A stretch of 64,000 nucleotides of DNA from Eledone cirrhosa. Taxonomy: Eukaryota. The notes below the pieces were generated by a model. It saw only the letters and a list, made by a program, of their open reading frames with translations. It was not told the origin of the DNA and searched no databases. Location of the stretch: NCBI GenBank assembly GCA_964016885.1, contig OZ024741.1:64108001-64172000 (forward strand), read 5' to 3'. The position numbers and the translations under genes were made by a program. Positions 58,393 through 64,000 of the stretch are shown here, one piece after another; positions within the stretch are counted from its first letter, which is position 1; each line of letters opens with the position of its first letter.

Positions 58393-58670
58393 TCAAAAAT
58401 GTATGGCGCGAATGTGGCTCTTTAAACCAGCCAAAGACTTGCACCGTCTGGCACATGTATGGGAACTGTAGGTTCCTCCGGCACTTTCCATTGTTTTGTT
58501 CCGGCTGTGAGTTCTCATATGTCTTTTGAGACCTCCCACACTAGCAAATTCCTTGCAACATTCCTTACACCTTTTCAGATCATAATCTATGTGAGGTCTA
58601 CTGATATGACTTTGCTCGTGTCTTGTCAAACCAGCTTTACTCATGCAGACTCGACCACAATACTGGCAAA
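58393..58670 (-). pseudogene. C-terminal C2H2 zinc-finger segment of the RTE ORF
   Basis: [42 protein letters not shown] and a degenerate [22 protein letters not shown]. Confidence 0.8.
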
Positions 58671-58696
58671 CCAGATGATGTTCAACAGCAGGCAGT

Positions 58697-60162
58697 TCAG
58701 AACAGTCTCCTTTCCTTCCTTTTCAGTGTAAGACGTTCTCTCCGACGAGTTTCAAAGAGTTCACTACCTGACTTGATCAAACGTCTCCACTTCACTCGCT
58801 CCTCAACCATTGTCCTCCTGCATATGTCTCGCCGACCCCAGAGTTGCCTTTCTAGCTTTCCGAAAGCATCACTTGCTTTCCTAATCCTAAGTGAGATTTC
58901 ACTGTCAAGGTTGCCGTATCGATTGTCAGTGCTTCCCAGGTAGACAAACTGATCAACCACTCCAAGTCGTTTACCATACACATATATATTTGGTTCAGTG
59001 TACTGCTTACCAGGGGCAGGTTGGTACATGACGACGGTTTTCTTGAGACTGACAGTCAATCCTAGGGCAGTGCAAGCGTCAGAAAATGCATTCAAAATGT
59101 GCTGCATATCACTCTCTGTGTGCGCTACAAGATCGCAATCATCTGCATACAAGAGGTCTCTTATGATTGATGTAAATATTTTTGTCTTTGCAGCAAATCG
59201 CCTGATGTTAATATGCTGCATGGGGTTCGATATCGGATGTAAACACCATGCTCGCAATTCCTGAATGCAATACAGAAAACCATTGCAAAGTATATAGCAA
59301 ACAGGGTCGGTGCTGGAATATGCCCCTGTTTCACTCCATTTTTTACTGAGATAAGCTCCAACATGTTACCTCCGACATTAACCCAAGCCTTTATGTCGTC
59401 ATGGAAAGACCTAACTAAAACAAGGAACTTATCAGGGCAACCAAGTTTCTGGAGAACCTTCCATAATGCATCTCTGTTAACAGTATCGAAAGCTTTTGTC
59501 AGATCGACAAAAACCTGATACAGATCCAAACCTTGTTCCGTGCACTTCTCCTGGAGCTGTCTAGCTGAGAAGATCATATCAGTAGTGCCGCGTCCAGCAC
59601 GAAAACCAGATTGACTTTCAGGAAGAACACAATCTGCAATGTGTGTCAGCAGACAGTCCAGAAGCACCCTACATAAAACTTTCCCTACGACAGAAAGCAA
59701 TGATATACCTCTGTAGTTCCCACAATCATTCCTGTTACCCTTTCCCTTGTACAAGACCACCATTACTGCATCTCTCCAGTCCTCAGGTACGGATTCATTA
59801 GCCCATAGCCTGCCAAACAAAGAGTGAAGATGTTGCAGGAGTCTCTCACCACCATATTGTAGGAGCTCAGCATGTATGCCATCCATACCTGGAGACTTTC
59901 CACTGTTCAGCTTCGAGATAGCCACTGTAACCTCCACAAGCGTCGGAGGTTCTGCGAGAGCTACTCTCACAGGGCTTTCTGGAATGAGATTGAGTAAATC
60001 TTCACTGACGACAGACGGCTGATTCAAAAGATCATCAAAGTGCTCTCGCCACCTTCGTAGAATTCCTTGTGAGTCACGAAAAAGTTCTTTTCCATCCTTG
60101 CTGCGAAGCGGTGTCACCAGAGAAGAAGACGGTCCATAAACCTCACGCAAGAGACTGTACAA
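58697..60162 (-). pseudogene. Reverse-transcriptase domain of the RTE LINE (frameshifted)
   Basis: ORF-track pieces 59161..60162 and 58697..59257 carry consecutive RT motifs in different frames. Confidence 0.9.
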
Positions 60163-60219
60163 CAGCTTTGTGTTATTGGAATCTGACGCAGTTTCTATCT
60201 CACCAGCCTTCTCATTCCA

Positions 60220-61350
60220 CTACTGATCCTTCATCTGAGAAAGATTCCGCCTAACACGTGATTTTACATCCTTGAGTTCCTCATGCAACGTATTCCTCTC
60301 CTGTGGTTTTGCCGTCAAGTAGCGTGACAGAGCACGCCTCTTATCAGCCAACAAGTCTTCTATATGTACATCATTCTCATTAAACCAGTCCTGATGTTTT
60401 CTCTGCACCAATCCCAGAACACGCCTGCCTACATCATAAACCGACTTTTTAAGGGTCGGCCAATCCTCACCAAGATCTGCAGCCTGCATCTCTTCTTCCA
60501 ATGTCCTCTTCACATTTTTATCCTTAAGACGAGCAGCATTCAATCTTTTGGGCAGGGCAACACCAGGAGCCCGGATTTTACGTTTAGTGATTAGTTTCAC
60601 TTTTGCGCGTACCAGGCGGTGGTCCGTCCAGCACTCAGCTCCACGAAGAGCACGAACACACTGCACATCCTGTCTGTCACGCATCCTGACTAGGACATAG
60701 TCCAAAAGATGCCATTCCTTAGATGCAGGATGCATCCATGTGGTCTTGAATTTGTTCTTTTGTTGGAACATGGTGTTGGTAACACACAGATCCAGCTCCT
60801 CACACATCTGCAGCAGGAGCATACCATTGTTGTTACACTTTCCCACCCCATGCCTTTCGATTACATTCCATGTGTTAAAATCCCTACCCACTCTAGCATT
60901 AAAGTCACCAAGCACGATGACTTTGTCTGTCTGAGGGATATTTCTTAAAACACCTTTCAAAGCATGGTAAAAGGACACTTTTTCTTCATCGACAGAATTC
61001 ATAGTTGGAGCATACACACTCACCAGCGTCGCATATCTTCCTTTGTTCAGAGGAATTCTCATGGACATAAGACGCTCACTAATCCCTACTGGAAATTCTT
61101 CTAATTTATTCACAAGAACAGTCTTAACAGCAAATCCTGCCCCAGTCTCTCTTCTGGTTCCTTCATCTCTTCTTTTCCAGAAGAATGTATATTCTCCACA
61201 AAATTCTGTAAGATGACCATCTCCAGCTAACCTCGTCTCAGATAAAGCCACGATGTCAAGACCGTAACGTCGAAGCTCCTTTGCAACAAGAGCGGTCCTT
61301 CGTTCAGGACGCTCCAAGGAATCCCTGTCAAGCAGCGTCCGTACGTTTCA
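60220..61350 (-). pseudogene. Apurinic-like endonuclease (APE) domain of the RTE LINE
   Basis: ORF-track 60220..61317. The upstream W of WNVRTL and a downstream W codon appear to have become stops. Confidence 0.9.
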
Positions 61351-61520
61351 GCAGCGCAGACTAAATGCCTTGTTTGGCTCTATTACAATGGCACGATGAC
61401 GAGCGGGCTCAGGCTGTGATAACCTGGGGCCCCTGCCCTTATTGCCAATTATCTTTTTTGTTCCAGAACCTAAATTGCCAATTATCTCTTTTATATTGTT
61501 CTGGAACATCATTGAATAGG

Positions 61521-61577
61521 AAAAAAAAAAAAAAAAAAGTAATAATAATAGTAACAACAATAATAATAATATTAATT
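61521..61577. repeat. Poly-A and (TAA/CAA)n tract
   Basis: Directly visible. Confidence 0.8.
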
Positions 61578-61724
61578 ACGTCGACTGTTACAACTTGTCA
61601 ACGCTAGCAGATCATTTTGCATTGCTGTGTGTGCGTGTGTGTTAAATAACCATATTTACCACCTTGCCCTGACAGTCAATCTACATATGTAGACGAGGTG
61701 TTTTGAGTACACTGTCACATTTAA

Positions 61725-63008
61725 AGAAAAAAAATGAAGGAATTGATAAGATCTGAATACATTCGGAGAGTAAGGAACGTATTAAAGTCACATCTGAACA
61801 GTAGGAATGCCATAAGTGCAGTAAATTCCCGAGCTGTGTCTATTATTAGGTACAGTGCGGGAATTCTGAGATGGAATGTTGCTGAACAAAAAGAAATGGA
61901 TAGGAAGACTAGGAAGCTATTGACTATCTACAATATGTTCCACAAGAGGAGTGATGTCGATAGACTCTACTTAAGGAGATCTGAAGGTGGAAGAGGTCTT
62001 ATCAGCATAGAGGACTGTGTTCAGATGGAGAAAAACAACCTACACAAATACGTGACTGATAGTAAGGAGTCAATGCTCAGAATTGTACTGAAGGAGAGGA
62101 CAATAGACCAGGGGATGTCCAAGGAGGAAATAACAATAAGGAGAAAGAGCAGCCTTCATGAAAAATCCCTTCAAAGTACCTTCTTTGAGAAAACTGAATT
62201 CAGAGATCCACAGACATGGAACTGGTTGAAAAGAGGAGACCTTAAAAATGCTACAGAAGGAATGCTAATGGCTGCGCAAGAGCAGGCCCTCAAAATGAAG
62301 TGGTTGAAACACCATATTTACAAGGAGGAGGCTAGCCCACTGTGCAGGATCTGTGGAGAGAGAGGAGACTGTGGCTCACATTGTATCCGAGTGTAAACAC
62401 CTAGCCCAGGCTCACTATAAAGGCTGGAGACATGATGTGATGGGCAGGGTGATCCACTGGCACCTATGCAAAGTAAACAATTTACTACATTCTGAGAAGT
62501 GGTATGAGCATAAGCCAGAGTCGGTGATAGAAAACGATCAGGTGAAGGTGATGTGGGATTTTAGGATACAGACGGACAAGAAACTGGAACACAATAGACC
62601 TGACCTGGTGGTTTTGGACAAGGAAAAAAGATCGTGCCTGATTGTGGATGTGGCCTGCCCATTCGACACGAGAGTGCAAGAGAACGAGAGGGAGAAAATT
62701 AACCGATACCAAGACTTAAAGTGGGAGGTAAAAAGGATTTGGAACTGCCATGAAGTCAAAGTGGTCCCGATTGTCATAGGCGCACTAGGTACTATCTCAA
62801 AAGGTTTCCAGGGATGGTTAAAGAAAATTATCCCCGCCATGCTTTTTGAAACGCTTCAAAAGGCATGCTTGCTGGGAACAGCAAGGACCCTCCGATACGT
62901 CCTGAATATCTGTGGCTGCAGATAGTGGCTTGATATTCATTTCAAACTTTCCAGTTAACTAACATCAATGACTGAGACTCAAAGAACAATAATAATAATA
63001 ATAATAAT
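61725..63008 (+). mobile_element. Second 5'-truncated R4/Dong-like RLE non-LTR retrotransposon with a (TAA)n end
   Basis: Motifs DVDRLYLRRSEGGRGL, AAQEQAL, CRIC..HIVSEC, RHD and RPDLVVLD...IVDVACP. Frameshift in a GA run at about 62355; ends in (TAA)n at 62988-63008. Confidence 0.9.
61734..62925 (+). pseudogene. Post-RT/CCHC/RLE coding remnant of an R4/Dong-like element
   Basis: ORF-track 61734..62396 and 62353..62925 join across one frameshift and are homologous to the C-terminal part of 56331..58088. Confidence 0.88.
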
Positions 63009-63009
63009 A

Positions 63010-63315
63010 CACTATTAATAATTATTAATATTAATGCAATCGTGCAATGCCTGTGCGTGACGAATATTTTTAAAATGAGAAAAGACTGTACACTGAGCCA
63101 ATCCCACTCTCTGAGCGACAGTAGCTATAACCCGAAAAGAAGAAAAGGTCAACATCATCGGTAACTACTGAGCCGCAGGTTTTATGTCGGAGTTAACCCA
63201 GTTTCCTGAGATGCCTTCTCCTAGAAGAATGCCCTGACAAGGGCTAGGGGTTCTTCGCTCCCAGTGGTTTAACTCAGCGATCGGGCATCCAGCCCGATTA
63301 TTTCTGTCCCCGCGC
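63010..63315 (-). mobile_element. Family A element, copy 3
   Basis: The reverse complement aligns with 53374-53660; both start at GCGCGGGG. Confidence 0.8.
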
Positions 63316-63349
63316 AAAAAAAAAAAAAATCACTTATTGACACTTATAC

Positions 63350-63467
63350 GTACGACATACACACACGCGCACACACACAAATACATACGCGCGCACACAC
63401 ACGCATACATACGCGCGCACACAGCAATACTCATACATACAAACAAACACACACACGCTACTCACTT

Positions 63468-63518
<51 letters not shown>
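63350..63518. repeat. (CA)/(CG)/(TA) compound microsatellite
   Basis: Directly visible. Confidence 0.9.
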
Positions 63519-63522
<4 letters not shown>

Positions 63523-63771
63523 TAAACGGAATAGAAAATGCTGACAAATTGTTCACAGTTGAAAAATGGTTTAAATAGGAATAAACAGCACGGACACTCT
63601 ATCTCAAAATTATTTTTGAAAAGCATTTAGAAATGCGCAACCGGTAAAAACTTAAAAACTTAAAACCACAACTGAATACTAACCCATACAATCACTAATA
63701 CTCTTTTATTCCTAATTAAACCATTTTTCAACTGTGAACAATTTGTCAGCATTTTCTATTCCGTTTACCAA
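63519..63771. mobile_element. MITE, 253 bp, 67-bp TIRs, TA-flanked
   Basis: 63519-63585 (TTGGTAAACGGAATAGAAAATGCTGAC...) is the reverse complement of 63705-63771 with 1 mismatch; TA on both sides. Confidence 0.85.
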
Positions 63772-63929
63772 TATAGAATAACTTGTGTGTTACACCTCTA
63801 TTCTTTTAACTATATATATATATATTACCGTCATTACTGATACAAGATTACAAGAGTATGTCAACTGTCGACTTTCAAGAGTTCGTATAGTTGAAGCCGT
63901 TCGTGTTACAGTTCGGTATTATTATAATT

Positions 63930-63976
63930 GCTTTACAGCATAGAGCTATGGCTCTCCACGCTCTGAGCTCAAATCC
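63930..63976 (+). mobile_element. Fragment of the tRNA-SINE head (same family as 1491-1665)
   Basis: GCTTTACAGCATAGAGCTATGGCTCTCCACGCTCTGAGCTCAAATCC resembles the minus strand of about 1599-1645 and is cut at the B-box by (CATA)n. Confidence 0.5.
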
Positions 63977-64000
63977 ACATACATACATACATACATACAT

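Larger units (their letters stand above)
58343..61362 (-). mobile_element. RTE-clade LINE (APE + RT + C-terminal C2H2 fingers), near full ORF length, degraded
   Basis: APE motifs (*NVRTLLD, LSETR, SVYAPT, GDFNARVG, LDYVLV, TDH) and RT motifs (NYRGISLLS, QSGFRAGRGT, FVDLTKAFDTV, GVKQG, LLYADD, YLGS). The ORF is broken by stops and frameshifts, with an apparent internal deletion near 58810. Confidence 0.93.

Noticed and set aside
55067-58456. ORFs with MYVC/YIHT/YIYI repeats and antisense ORFs over the LINEs
   Set aside because: These are (CATA)n/(TA)n translations or shadows of the retrotransposon ORFs.
61441-61487. Short direct repeat ATTGCCAATTATCT (two copies)
   Set aside because: A local 14-bp duplication in AT-rich DNA with no enclosed element to make it a TSD.
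3821-63836. TAATGACGGT at 3821 and its reverse complement at about 63827 as termini of a 60-kb element
   Set aside because: The match is only 10 bp and the adjacent TA tracts lie on inconsistent sides, so it is compatible with chance.

Overview
AT-rich, microsatellite-laden eukaryotic (metazoan) DNA; the tRNA-SINE and repeat landscape suggest a cephalopod/octopus, which is an inference only. About 76% of the window (4206-52901, 48,696 bp, about 5,400 monomers) is one tandem array of a 9-bp unit, CCAACC-A(A/C/T)A. The key observation is that this array sits inside the right arm of a TA-flanked element with terminal inverted repeats of about 115 bp. The left arm (3884-3998) is the unexpanded copy and holds exactly one CCAACCAAA seed. 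Its reverse complement matches the sequence immediately before the array (4166-4213) and immediately after it (52901-52967). On the minus strand the array reads (GGTTGG-TDT)n (D = G/A/T), a polymer containing the exact thrombin-binding-aptamer G-quadruplex 15-mer GGTTGGTGTGGTTGG. The array also has nested higher-order duplications (387 bp, about 5.3-5.9 kb, 3424 bp, 4798 bp) and position-specific variant layers. The right flank is a nest of retroelements: a degraded RTE-clade LINE with C-terminal C2H2 fingers, two 5'-truncated R4/Dong-like RLE LINEs, several non-autonomous RTE-tailed elements (one with a twin-priming-type inversion) and a second TA-flanked MITE. No convincing host protein-coding gene is present. 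The giant ORFs over the array are by-products of a stop-poor repeat, although a Pro/Thr mucin-like exon cannot be fully excluded.
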